The position numbers and the translations under genes were made by a program. A stretch of 64,000 bases of DNA from Deltaproteobacteria bacterium (GTDB taxonomy: Bacteria; Myxococcota; Kuafuiibacteriia; Kuafuiibacteriales; Kuafuiibacteriaceae). The notes beneath the pieces were generated by a model. It had not been told where the DNA came from. It saw nothing but the letters and a program-made list of their open reading frames with translations, and did not search any database. The DNA lies in assembly GCA_040218735.1 (NCBI GenBank), contig JAVJQW010000038.1, forward strand, positions 1 through 64,000, read 5' to 3'. Below, in pieces: positions 30,247 to 38,674 of this stretch; position 1 is the first letter of the stretch; every line of letters begins with the position of its first letter.

Positions 30247-31065
30247 ATGGAAGCGAACGCGAGCGTCTATGTCGAACGGCAGATGACGGCCGCGTCGTTG
30301 CACGACCTGCCGATGGGCCAGGCCGTGGTGTTCTCCGGCTCACCCGCCTATCCCGACGAGACGAACCAGGACGCCGCGGCGCTCGTCGAGATCGACGACA
30401 GACGGGTGGTCATCGCCGTCGCCGACGGCGCGGGCGGGCTCCCTTCCGGACACAAGGCCTCCGCGCTCGCCGTGGGCTCGGTGCGGGATGCGGTCGAGCA
30501 CCTCCCGGAGGACGCGAGCCTCCGCGGAGCGATGCTCGACGGATTCGAGCGGGCGAACCAGCGCGTCCTGGAGATGGGCGTGGGGGCCGCGACGACCCTC
30601 GCCGCGCTCCAGATCGAGGGGCGTACCCTCCGCACGCTGCACGTGGGGGACTCGACGGTCCTCGTCGTCGGGCAGCGCGGGAAGGTGAAGCTGCAGACGA
30701 TGTCGCACTCGCCGGTCGGCTATCAGGTGGAGGCGGGTGTGTTGGAGCCGGAGGACGCGCTGCACCACGAAGACCTCAACGTGGTGTCGAACCTCGTCGG
30801 TAGTCAGGACATGCGGATCGAGATCGGGTCGGCGCTCGAGCTGTCGGCGTTCGATACGATCGTCGTGGGCAGCGACGGCCTGTTCGACAACCTGCATCTC
30901 TCGGAGATCGTGGAACGGGTGCGCCGCGGCCCGCTCGCGAAGGCGGCCGAGGCGCTGCGCGCGGAGTGTGCGAAGCGGATGGTCACGCCCGAGGAGGGGC
31001 TCCCTTCGAAGCCCGACGATCTCACGTTCGTTCTGTATCGTTCGAAGCGTCCGCCAAAGCCTTGA
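30247..31065 (+). CDS. PP2C-family Ser/Thr phosphatase
   Basis: NQDA, VADGAGG, HVGDS, SDGLFDN and DDLT. Confidence 0.92.
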   Translation: MEANASVYVERQMTAASLHDLPMGQAVVFSGSPAYPDETNQDAAALVEIDDRRVVIAVADGAGGLPSGHKASALAVGSVRDAVEHLPEDASLRGAMLDGFERANQRVLEMGVGAATTLAALQIEGRTLRTLHVGDSTVLVVGQRGKVKLQTMSHSPVGYQVEAGVLEPEDALHHEDLNVVSNLVGSQDMRIEIGSALELSAFDTIVVGSDGLFDNLHLSEIVERVRRGPLAKAAEALRAECAKRMVTPEEGLPSKPDDLTFVLYRSKRPPKP

Positions 31066-31903
31066 CCGCCTCGGCGGTGAGCTCTTCGAGGTGACCCTCG
31101 AAGTCACCGGTAATCATGTCCTGGCGAAGCGCCGGGACCTCCTTCACCCACTTGCGCGCGATCTCGAGGTCCTTGGGGACCCAGTCACTCGGCGTGTCGC
31201 GGTACAGGCCGCCGACGTGGGCGACGAAGCGTGGCGAGTAGATGCACTCGGTCGGCGCGCCGTAGAGGCTGCGCATGTTGCTCGCCCACGCCGTGAGCGG
31301 CACCGCCGCGTCGCAGACGGTCGGGTCGATCACCCAGCGCTCGGGGTGCAGGTCGCCGGTGTCGACGTAGACCATCGTGGCGTTGTGGAACATCGCGAGG
31401 GTGTAGCCGATCTGGGCGTGTCTCGAGGCGATGCGCAGATCACCTTCGCCGCGGATCCAAACCTTCTCGGTGTAGACACCCTCGTTGTCGATGCGCTTCG
31501 CGACGAGGTGCGCCCGGAAGTGGCAGCCCTCGTGGACCATGTCGTGCGGGATGTCGGGTGCCGCGGCGATCTGATCGAACAACTGCTGCGCGCGCTCGGG
31601 CGTGATCACCTTCTCGAGCGCACCACCGCGAATCGCCGCGGCGACGTGGCGCGCCGTGACGTCGAAGACCGTCGTCGGTCGCGCTGTGCTCCGCGTTCGG
31701 TTCGCGAAGTCGTGTTTGTGCGGGAGGGGCTGCCCGAGGAACGCACGCGCGTGTTCGAAGATCGCTTCGCGCGCGACCGGGTCCGTGGGAGCGAACGGGG
31801 ACGCGTCGATGTGATCGCGGGCGGCCTTCGCGTCGTTGGGGACGAACGCACCGAACACCCGCGCGCACGCGCGCTCGACCGAGGACACCATCGGCCGGAG
31901 CAT
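31022..31903 (-). CDS. protein-glutamine glutaminase family protein
   Basis: GCHFRAH (Cys), FHNATMV (His) and WVIDP (Asp) match the protein-glutaminase motif pattern. Confidence 0.7.
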   Translation of the reverse strand: MLRPMVSSVERACARVFGAFVPNDAKAARDHIDASPFAPTDPVAREAIFEHARAFLGQPLPHKHDFANRTRSTARPTTVFDVTARHVAAAIRGGALEKVITPERAQQLFDQIAAAPDIPHDMVHEGCHFRAHLVAKRIDNEGVYTEKVWIRGEGDLRIASRHAQIGYTLAMFHNATMVYVDTGDLHPERWVIDPTVCDAAVPLTAWASNMRSLYGAPTECIYSPRFVAHVGGLYRDTPSDWVPKDLEIARKWVKEVPALRQDMITGDFEGHLEELTAEAVKALADASNDTERT

Positions 31904-31910
31904 GCCGGAT

Positions 31911-32198
31911 CTACACGGCGGAATCGATGCGTTCGGCGAGCGCGAAGTCGAGCTCCGTGAGCCCGCCGGCGTCGTGCGTGGTGAGGTCGATCGACACCCG
32001 GTTGTAGACGTTCGACCACTCGGGGTGGTGGTCCATCTTCTCGGCGTACAGGGCGACCTTCGCCATGAAGCCGAAGGCCGCCGTGAAGTCGTCGAACTTC
32101 AGGTCGCGGTGCAGCTTGCCGTCCACGATGGACCACGCGGGGACCTTCGCGAGGTGTGTCTTCAGTTCGTCGTCGCCGAGGCGTTCGGGTCGGGCCAT
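31911..32198 (-). CDS. phhB: 4a-hydroxytetrahydrobiopterin dehydratase
   Basis: DHHPEW and [10 protein letters not shown] motifs. Confidence 0.93.
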   Translation of the reverse strand: MARPERLGDDELKTHLAKVPAWSIVDGKLHRDLKFDDFTAAFGFMAKVALYAEKMDHHPEWSNVYNRVSIDLTTHDAGGLTELDFALAERIDSAV

Positions 32199-32218
32199 GC
32201 GGCGACGACTAACATCGT

Positions 32219-32872
32219 TCAGCGGTACTCGACGAGCACGTCGCCCGATTCGAGGATGTCGGTGTCCTCGGGGTCGCCGTACACCGTGACCGAGCCCGCG
32301 CCGCTCACGGACCCGCGCACCGAGCGCGACGCGAAGATGGTCAGGTCGGAGTCGCCGCTCGCGGCGATTTCGACGTCGAGGGCCTCGAGGTTGCGCGTGT
32401 GGATCTTCGAGTCGCCGCTCGCACCGATCGACAGTTTGTTGACCTCACCTTCCACGGCGATCTCGGAGGCGCCGTCGAGGTCGAGCTCGAAGTTGGCGGT
32501 GCGGACGCCGAGCAGCTCGCTGCGCGTGTCGCCCGAGGCCGAGTACGCAATGAGCGCGGGGATCTCGATCTGCACGTCGGTGGCGGTGGTGTCGTAGAAG
32601 CCGATGTCGGCGCTGGGGCGGATCTCGAGGACGTCGTCGACGACCTCGGTCTGGATGAGGTCGAGGAGGTTGTCGTCGAACCTGAGGAGGACCTTTTGGC
32701 GTTTGCCGACCACGATGTCGACGTCGAGGTCGCCCGAGACCGAAACCGCGCGGAACGGCTCGAGGGAGCGTTCTTCTTCGAGGACCTCGCCGCTGCCGCG
32801 AACGGCGCTGATGCAGCCAACGGACAGCGAGAGCGTGAGGGCGAGAGGGAGCGTGAAAATCGCGTTGCGCAT
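32219..32872 (-). CDS. head GIN domain (DUF2807) lipoprotein
   Basis: SVGC lipobox, VRGSG, DDNLL, repeated ASGDS units and YGDP. Confidence 0.85.
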   Translation of the reverse strand: MRNAIFTLPLALTLSLSVGCISAVRGSGEVLEEERSLEPFRAVSVSGDLDVDIVVGKRQKVLLRFDDNLLDLIQTEVVDDVLEIRPSADIGFYDTTATDVQIEIPALIAYSASGDTRSELLGVRTANFELDLDGASEIAVEGEVNKLSIGASGDSKIHTRNLEALDVEIAASGDSDLTIFASRSVRGSVSGAGSVTVYGDPEDTDILESGDVLVEYR

Positions 32873-32936
32873 GCCTGGTTCGTTGGGGGCGGGGGGTGGC
32901 TTTATGAATGTGACGGCGCGCGCCATGATGGAGGGG

Positions 32937-35108
32937 ATGCGCTACCTCCTGCTCCCGCTGGTCCTCCTGAGCCTCGTCGCGTGCAACGGGGAGGACCCGG
33001 TCGATCCACCGCCGCCGGACACGACCGACCCGTGTGACGCGGACCCGTGCTTTGGCGGGGTCACGTGCACCGCGAACGGCGACGACTACACCTGCGGCGA
33101 CTGCCCCGCGGGGTACGAGGGCGACGGCGAGACCTGCACCGACGTCGACGCGTGCGCGGACGACCCGTGCTTCGCGGACGTCGCGTGCACCGACGTGGCC
33201 GCGCCCGGCACGGGATACACGTGCGGCGACTGCCCCGCGGGGTACGAGGGTGACGGCGAGACGTGCACCGACGTCGACGGGTGCGTCGGCGATCCCTGTT
33301 TCACCGATGTCGAGTGCACGGACCTGCCCGCGCCGATGACCGGGTACACGTGCGGCGACTGCCCGCCGGGCTACGAGGGCGACGGCGAGACGTGCACGGA
33401 CGTCGACGGGTGTGTCGGCGTGATGTGTTTCCCTGGCGTGATGTGTATGGACGTCCCCGCGCCGGGCACTGGGTACATGTGTGGCGCGTGCCCGCCGGGG
33501 CTCGAGGGCGACGGTGAGACGTGCACGGAGATCGACGGGTGCGCCGGTGAGCCGTGTTTGGTCGGCACCACGTGCACGGACATCCCGGCGCCGGGTGACG
33601 GGTTCACGTGCACGCAGTGCGAGGGTCCCGAGTGTCCGATCCTCCGCGCGCTCGCGGGGCCGGACCAGGACATCATCATCGGCGACACGGCGACGTTGAT
33701 GGGCGACGCGGTCGGGTTCAACGGCGCGTTCTCCTGCGCGTGGACGGGCGGGACGATCACCACGACGATCGCGACGTGCACGGCGATGGTCACGCCGACC
33801 GAGGACACGGTCTACACGCTGACGGTGACCGACGCGTCGGGGCTGCGCGCGAGTGATTCGATGGAGGTGCGGCTGGTCCCGTTCTCGGCGAACGCGGGGC
33901 CGGACCGGAACATCGAAGGGACCGAGACGGCGACGTTGACCGCGACGTGGGCGGGCGCGTCGTGCACGGACGACTCGTGCATCGAGTGCATGTGGCAGAC
34001 GTCGACGTCGTCGGTGGTGGGGACGACGTGCACGATCATGGTCTCGCCGGCGGCGACGACCCAGTACTTCCTGACCGTCACCGACACGAACACCGGGGCG
34101 TCCGACACCGACTCGGCCACGGTGTATCGGACGGACGCGCTCGCGCAGCTGTGCGGTTGGAACGTCGTGGTGCTCCGGAGCAACGAGTATCCGACCGGCG
34201 CGAACCCGAACTACATCTGCGACGGCGGCACGGCGCGGCGGCAGACGGTGAACGGGAAGCCGGCGATCGTGCTGTCGGATCTCGAGGTGTCGAACGTTCG
34301 GATCACGGGGCACATCGGCGTCGAGACCACGGGTGACGACGACCTGATCGGCTTCTTGTGGGGCTGGCAGAACCCGGCGCACAGCTATCTGATCTCGTGG
34401 AAGCAATCGAACCAGAACTGGACCGCGCGCTGCGGGAACGCGCTGTCGGGGCTGGCGATCAAGAAGATCGACGGCGCGGTGGGGTCGTCGACGACGGTCT
34501 CCTTCGAGCCGGCGTTCGGCTTCAACACGACGGACTACGTCTACAGCTGCGCGGATCTGTGGTCGACGGACCGCAACAACGCCGGCCTCCTCGGCGGCAA
34601 CTCGATCTACCTCGAGTCGCCGCGGGATCCGGGCGGCGTGACGCGCGGGTGGAGCGACAACACGACGTACCGGTTCGAGTTCTATTACACGCCGACGCGA
34701 ACGCGCATCCAGGTATGGTCGGACGACATGATGAGCGGGGCGACGGACGACCTCGTGGCTACGCTGGACGTCGTCGACTCGAGCTACCCGGAGGGGGCCT
34801 TCGCGTTCTTCTCGAACTCCCAGGCGCAGGTCGCGTTCGGTGACTTCCTGCTCGCGTCGCTCGACGATTTCGAGGCGCGCGCCGGTTCGGACCGCACGGT
34901 GGCCGCGGGGTCGGTGGTGACGCTGAACGGCACGGCCAACCTCGCGGTGCCGCCGTACCTGTGTGAGTGGTCGATGGGGACGACGGTGCTGAGCAGCGAC
35001 TGCTCGTTCGAGGTGACGCCGACCATGACGTCGACCTTCGAGCTGATGGTGACGGACGCCTTCGGCCGGGTGTCGACGGACGACGTGACCCTGACGGTGG
35101 CGCCGTAG
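32937..35108 (+). CDS. lipoprotein with EGF-like repeats, PKD/Ig-like domains and a thrombospondin C-terminal-like domain
   Basis: LVAC lipobox, 43-aa CxxxPCF...CGDCPAGYEGDGETCTDVD repeats, AGPD-type Ig repeats and DDDLIGFLWGWQ...WKQ. Confidence 0.8.
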   Translation: MRYLLLPLVLLSLVACNGEDPVDPPPPDTTDPCDADPCFGGVTCTANGDDYTCGDCPAGYEGDGETCTDVDACADDPCFADVACTDVAAPGTGYTCGDCPAGYEGDGETCTDVDGCVGDPCFTDVECTDLPAPMTGYTCGDCPPGYEGDGETCTDVDGCVGVMCFPGVMCMDVPAPGTGYMCGACPPGLEGDGETCTEIDGCAGEPCLVGTTCTDIPAPGDGFTCTQCEGPECPILRALAGPDQDIIIGDTATLMGDAVGFNGAFSCAWTGGTITTTIATCTAMVTPTEDTVYTLTVTDASGLRASDSMEVRLVPFSANAGPDRNIEGTETATLTATWAGASCTDDSCIECMWQTSTSSVVGTTCTIMVSPAATTQYFLTVTDTNTGASDTDSATVYRTDALAQLCGWNVVVLRSNEYPTGANPNYICDGGTARRQTVNGKPAIVLSDLEVSNVRITGHIGVETTGDDDLIGFLWGWQNPAHSYLISWKQSNQNWTARCGNALSGLAIKKIDGAVGSSTTVSFEPAFGFNTTDYVYSCADLWSTDRNNAGLLGGNSIYLESPRDPGGVTRGWSDNTTYRFEFYYTPTRTRIQVWSDDMMSGATDDLVATLDVVDSSYPEGAFAFFSNSQAQVAFGDFLLASLDDFEARAGSDRTVAAGSVVTLNGTANLAVPPYLCEWSMGTTVLSSDCSFEVTPTMTSTFELMVTDAFGRVSTDDVTLTVAP
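33030..33625 (+). repeat. intragenic tandem repeats with a 129-bp period encoding EGF-like modules
   Basis: The aligned Y/F-T/M-C codons recur at 33087, 33216, 33345, 33474 and 33603. Confidence 0.85.
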
Positions 35109-35157
35109 ACCGCACATTTGATTTGTCGAACGCGGGGCCTTCGGTCACGATGAGGTC

Positions 35158-35625
35158 GTGTCGGAGGCCAAGGACGGTCCGCTGGAGCGCATCGTCGCCG
35201 TCGCCGCGACGCAGCTCGATCTGCTGGAGGACGCCCGACGGCGGCCGGAGATCGACCGGGCTGGCCTGGCCGAGACCGCGCTCGAGCTGGTCCTGAAGGG
35301 CATCGCCGCCGAGGCGCGCGCGGCGGGGCTGGACACCTTCGCCCAGCGGCACGCGGCGTTCGCGGCGCGCGGGGGCGACGCGCAGCGGCACCTGATCGCC
35401 CTCGGTGAAGGTTGGGCGTGCCGGCACTGCAAGAATGACGTCGTCAGGAGCGTTCAGCTCGCGCGCGTCGACGATCGCTGGAAGGCGTCCCTCGTGTGCC
35501 GCGCGTGCGGGCGGGTCTCGCCGATCGCGCCGTTGGGGACGGCGGCGCTGGCGCGGCACTTCGGCGCCCTTTTGGAGGACGCCGACTGGGATCCGACCGA
35601 TAACGGGTTCGAGGTCGCGACGTGA
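35158..35625 (+). CDS. hypothetical zinc-ribbon protein
   Basis: CRHC...CRAC pair; its stop overlaps the next start (GTGA). Confidence 0.65.
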   Translation: MSEAKDGPLERIVAVAATQLDLLEDARRRPEIDRAGLAETALELVLKGIAAEARAAGLDTFAQRHAAFAARGGDAQRHLIALGEGWACRHCKNDVVRSVQLARVDDRWKASLVCRACGRVSPIAPLGTAALARHFGALLEDADWDPTDNGFEVAT

Positions 35626-37817
35626 CACGCATCCGCGACAAGGGCGCCTTCGGCGACATCGCACCGCGGCGGGACCCGATGACCGAGAGCGCCGCGTCCG
35701 CGTCGACACGCCTGCGGCAGCTCGGGATCGACGCCGCGGATCCGGTCGGGCCTTCGAACGTCGGGGCGTCGAAGATCATCGACGTCGTCGGCAAGGAGCG
35801 CTTCGCGAAGATCGACGCGGTGCGGGTGCCCGGGCGCGTGGCCTGGTTGAACTACGACCTCGCGCAACAGCTCGGCTTCGACGTCCCGCCGTCGGGTCGC
35901 CTGACGGGGGCGGCGGAGCGGTCGATCCTCGACGCCCTCGCGTGGCGCATCCCAGGGCCCAACGAGGACGTCGGCGACCGCGAGACGCTCCGAGTGTTCG
36001 CGGACCGCTACGGTGGCACCGGGCTCGGCGTCGCGCAGGGGTCGGGCCGGACCGCGTTCCTGCCGTACGGCAACCTCGCGATCAAGGGCATCGGCAAGAC
36101 GCCGTTGTCCCCCGAACACGACAGCGACTTTCTGCACTCACACGGCGGCGCGCCGATGCGCGAGGGCTTCGTCGAGGCGATCTGGGGCGAGGTGAACGCG
36201 AACCTCTTCACCGAAGGCTCCACGCGCATCCTCGCGGTGATCGACACGGGTGACTTCACCGAGTTCCCCGATGGGACGAAGGAGCGCCGTGCGTTGATCG
36301 TGCGAGCCGGTTCGCAGCTCCGTCCGGCGCACCTGCTCGGCGACCGAGACTCGGGGCACAAGACGACGCCGGTGATCTTCGCGCGCGCGGCCAAGGAGTC
36401 CGGCCACCTCGTGACGCGCGAGGTGAACGGCAAGACGGTCATGGACTTCGGCGCGACGCTCGACAGCCTGATCGATGCCCACGCGAAGACGGCGGCCGAA
36501 CAGGTGCGATGGCGGGTCCTGCACGGCGCGGTCAGCTCGTCGAACATGGAGATCGACGGCGGACAGCTCGACCTCGCGACGCAGACCTCGCAGCCCCACA
36601 CCGCGCCGATTCATATCCTTCGCGGGACGGCGCCCTTCCTCTCCGAGCACCAGGAGCGCGTCGCGGAGCTGCAGCGAATGGCGAGCGCGGTGTTCTCGGG
36701 GTTCTCGAAGGCGGAGCGGACGTTGTTCGCCGCGAAGAAGCCGCAGGTGTCGCGCCCGTTCATGGACCGGTACGCGGAGCACCTCGACCTGCAGCTCGCG
36801 AAGGCCGCGGGGCTCAAGACAGAGGTTGCGAAGCGCTTGCCGCGTTCGGTGGTCGAGCCCTTCGCGCGCGTGGTGCGCGACCTCGCGGCGTTGACCAACG
36901 TCGACGGGCGCTTCAACGCGGACAAAGAGGTGCATCGCGACAAGTCGGCGGTCGACGTGTTCAACGTGCTCCGTCGGCTGCCAGCGATCTACTTCGCCGA
37001 CCCGCAGGGCGACCACTCGGCGGCGATCCGCGATTTGCTCCGGACGAAGATCGACGGCAACCCGCGCGCGGCGGGGCTGCTCGCCAACAAGATCGACGCG
37101 CTGGTCGCCGAGCTCGGGCCGGCCTACGCCGCGTTGATGGAGGCGGCCCGAAACGACCCCGCCTATGACGACGCCGACGCGATGGTCCGCTCGGTCGGTC
37201 AGCGCGCGGCGTTCGAGAACATGCCGCTGGATCGGCTCTACAAGGCGGAGCTTCACCAAGGCCTGATCGAGCAGATCGACGCCTACGCTTGGCACAACGA
37301 CCCGAGCATCTTCCGCGAGGCGATCGACAAGACCGTCAGCGCGTCCCTGCGGAGCGTCGACGCGCTGATCGGCCAGGGCACCGCGCGCCGCCTCGACGAC
37401 GGCGGCCTCGAGCTCGGGCGCCGCACGATCGACGGCATCGACTACGCAGTGCACGCTTGGGACGGCGGGCGTCGACGCCTCCACCTCGAGATGCCGGTTG
37501 GAAAGGACGGCGCGCTCACGTCGCTCCCCGGCGCGCCGCGCTTGTCCAACGCGCAGCTCGACAACCTCGTGTACCGGTTCACGACCGACGGTTGGCGCAC
37601 CACGCAGGAGGTCGAGGCCAAGCGCGACGGCGACACCGTCACGTTCGACATCCCGGTGCTCGGCTCCGACGTCGGCCAGCTCGAGGGTGTGTTCTACGCG
37701 GACGCCGGCGCGTTCTGGCTGAAGGACGGCGCCTCGAACTTCCGCGGCTACAGCTTCGCGGTCCCGGACCGCGCCGAGCTGGCGCAGGTGGAAGACGCAC
37801 TCAGTTCGCGAGGATGA
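35622..37817 (+). CDS. divergent SelO/YdiU-family pseudokinase with a C-terminal CBM21-like domain
   Basis: YGG...GSGR, IKGIGKTP, HGAVSSSNM; C-terminal YRFTTDGW...FWLKDGASNF. Confidence 0.7.
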   Translation: MTRIRDKGAFGDIAPRRDPMTESAASASTRLRQLGIDAADPVGPSNVGASKIIDVVGKERFAKIDAVRVPGRVAWLNYDLAQQLGFDVPPSGRLTGAAERSILDALAWRIPGPNEDVGDRETLRVFADRYGGTGLGVAQGSGRTAFLPYGNLAIKGIGKTPLSPEHDSDFLHSHGGAPMREGFVEAIWGEVNANLFTEGSTRILAVIDTGDFTEFPDGTKERRALIVRAGSQLRPAHLLGDRDSGHKTTPVIFARAAKESGHLVTREVNGKTVMDFGATLDSLIDAHAKTAAEQVRWRVLHGAVSSSNMEIDGGQLDLATQTSQPHTAPIHILRGTAPFLSEHQERVAELQRMASAVFSGFSKAERTLFAAKKPQVSRPFMDRYAEHLDLQLAKAAGLKTEVAKRLPRSVVEPFARVVRDLAALTNVDGRFNADKEVHRDKSAVDVFNVLRRLPAIYFADPQGDHSAAIRDLLRTKIDGNPRAAGLLANKIDALVAELGPAYAALMEAARNDPAYDDADAMVRSVGQRAAFENMPLDRLYKAELHQGLIEQIDAYAWHNDPSIFREAIDKTVSASLRSVDALIGQGTARRLDDGGLELGRRTIDGIDYAVHAWDGGRRRLHLEMPVGKDGALTSLPGAPRLSNAQLDNLVYRFTTDGWRTTQEVEAKRDGDTVTFDIPVLGSDVGQLEGVFYADAGAFWLKDGASNFRGYSFAVPDRAELAQVEDALSSRG

Positions 37818-37827
37818 TGCGCACCGA

Positions 37828-38655
37828 TCACGGGAACCGCCCGGCGGTCGCGCGTACGCGGTCGCCGTGGCGTCGCCATAGCGCGAGCTCGTCTTCGGTC
37901 GGGGGCGGGGCGTCGAGTGTCGCGAGGTTCGCCTCGAGCTCGCGACGATCGTTCGGTGCCGTGAGCGCGACCGTCACCGCGGGATGGGCGAGCGCGAAGC
38001 GGTAACAGTCCGGCGGGGACATCGCCGGCGTTTGGTCCGTGGCTTCGAGGAGCGCGCCCCACCGGGTGCACGTGAACGCGACGATCGGCGTCGCCAATGC
38101 ACGGTGGAAGATCTCGGCCTCGGCGCCCCGGTGCGCGGCGTTGTAACGCACCATCGCGACGTCGACCGACCCCTCGTCGAGGATGTCGCGCGCCAGGGGG
38201 CGCTGGTGCGAAGTGAACCCGAAGCGCCGAACACGTCCGTCGCTGCGCGCCGCTTCGATCGCCGTACGCGCTCCGGCTCGACCTTGGATCTGTCGCCACT
38301 CCGCGTCCGACTCCAGGTAGTACGCGGTGACGACGTCGAGGTAGTCGGTGCCGAGTGTCTCGAGCATGGCGTCGAGCTCGCGCTCGGCGTCGTCGGCGTC
38401 GCGGGCGTCGAGCTGCGTCGCGATGATCACCCGCGCCCGCTCGCTCGCGCCGAGGTTGCGCACGGCGGCGGCGAGGCCGTCGTCGTGGCCGCACCAGTTG
38501 AGGTAGCCGATGCCCCGTTCGATCGCGTTGGCGACGTCGTCGCCGGTGAGGTGGGTGTTCCCCCGGCTCGCGAGGCCGAGCGCGGCGACGGGCGGCAAGC
38601 CGTCGAAGGCAGGGTAGGGTTCGCCGAACGGGCGCAGAGATTTCCTGAGCACCAT
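37828..38655 (-). CDS. aldo/keto reductase family protein
   Basis: LETLGTDYLD, GRVRRFGFTSH, RYNAAH and CYRFALAHP. Confidence 0.8.
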   Translation of the reverse strand: MVLRKSLRPFGEPYPAFDGLPPVAALGLASRGNTHLTGDDVANAIERGIGYLNWCGHDDGLAAAVRNLGASERARVIIATQLDARDADDAERELDAMLETLGTDYLDVVTAYYLESDAEWRQIQGRAGARTAIEAARSDGRVRRFGFTSHQRPLARDILDEGSVDVAMVRYNAAHRGAEAEIFHRALATPIVAFTCTRWGALLEATDQTPAMSPPDCYRFALAHPAVTVALTAPNDRRELEANLATLDAPPPTEDELALWRRHGDRVRATAGRFP

Positions 38656-38674
38656 GTGGGTGTCATCGACGATA

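Noticed and set aside
33030-33625. Regularly spaced direct repeats as a CRISPR array or a DGR template/variable pair
   Set aside because: They are in-frame 129-bp protein-module repeats with largely synonymous variation. There are no unique spacers, cas genes or adenine-specific differences.
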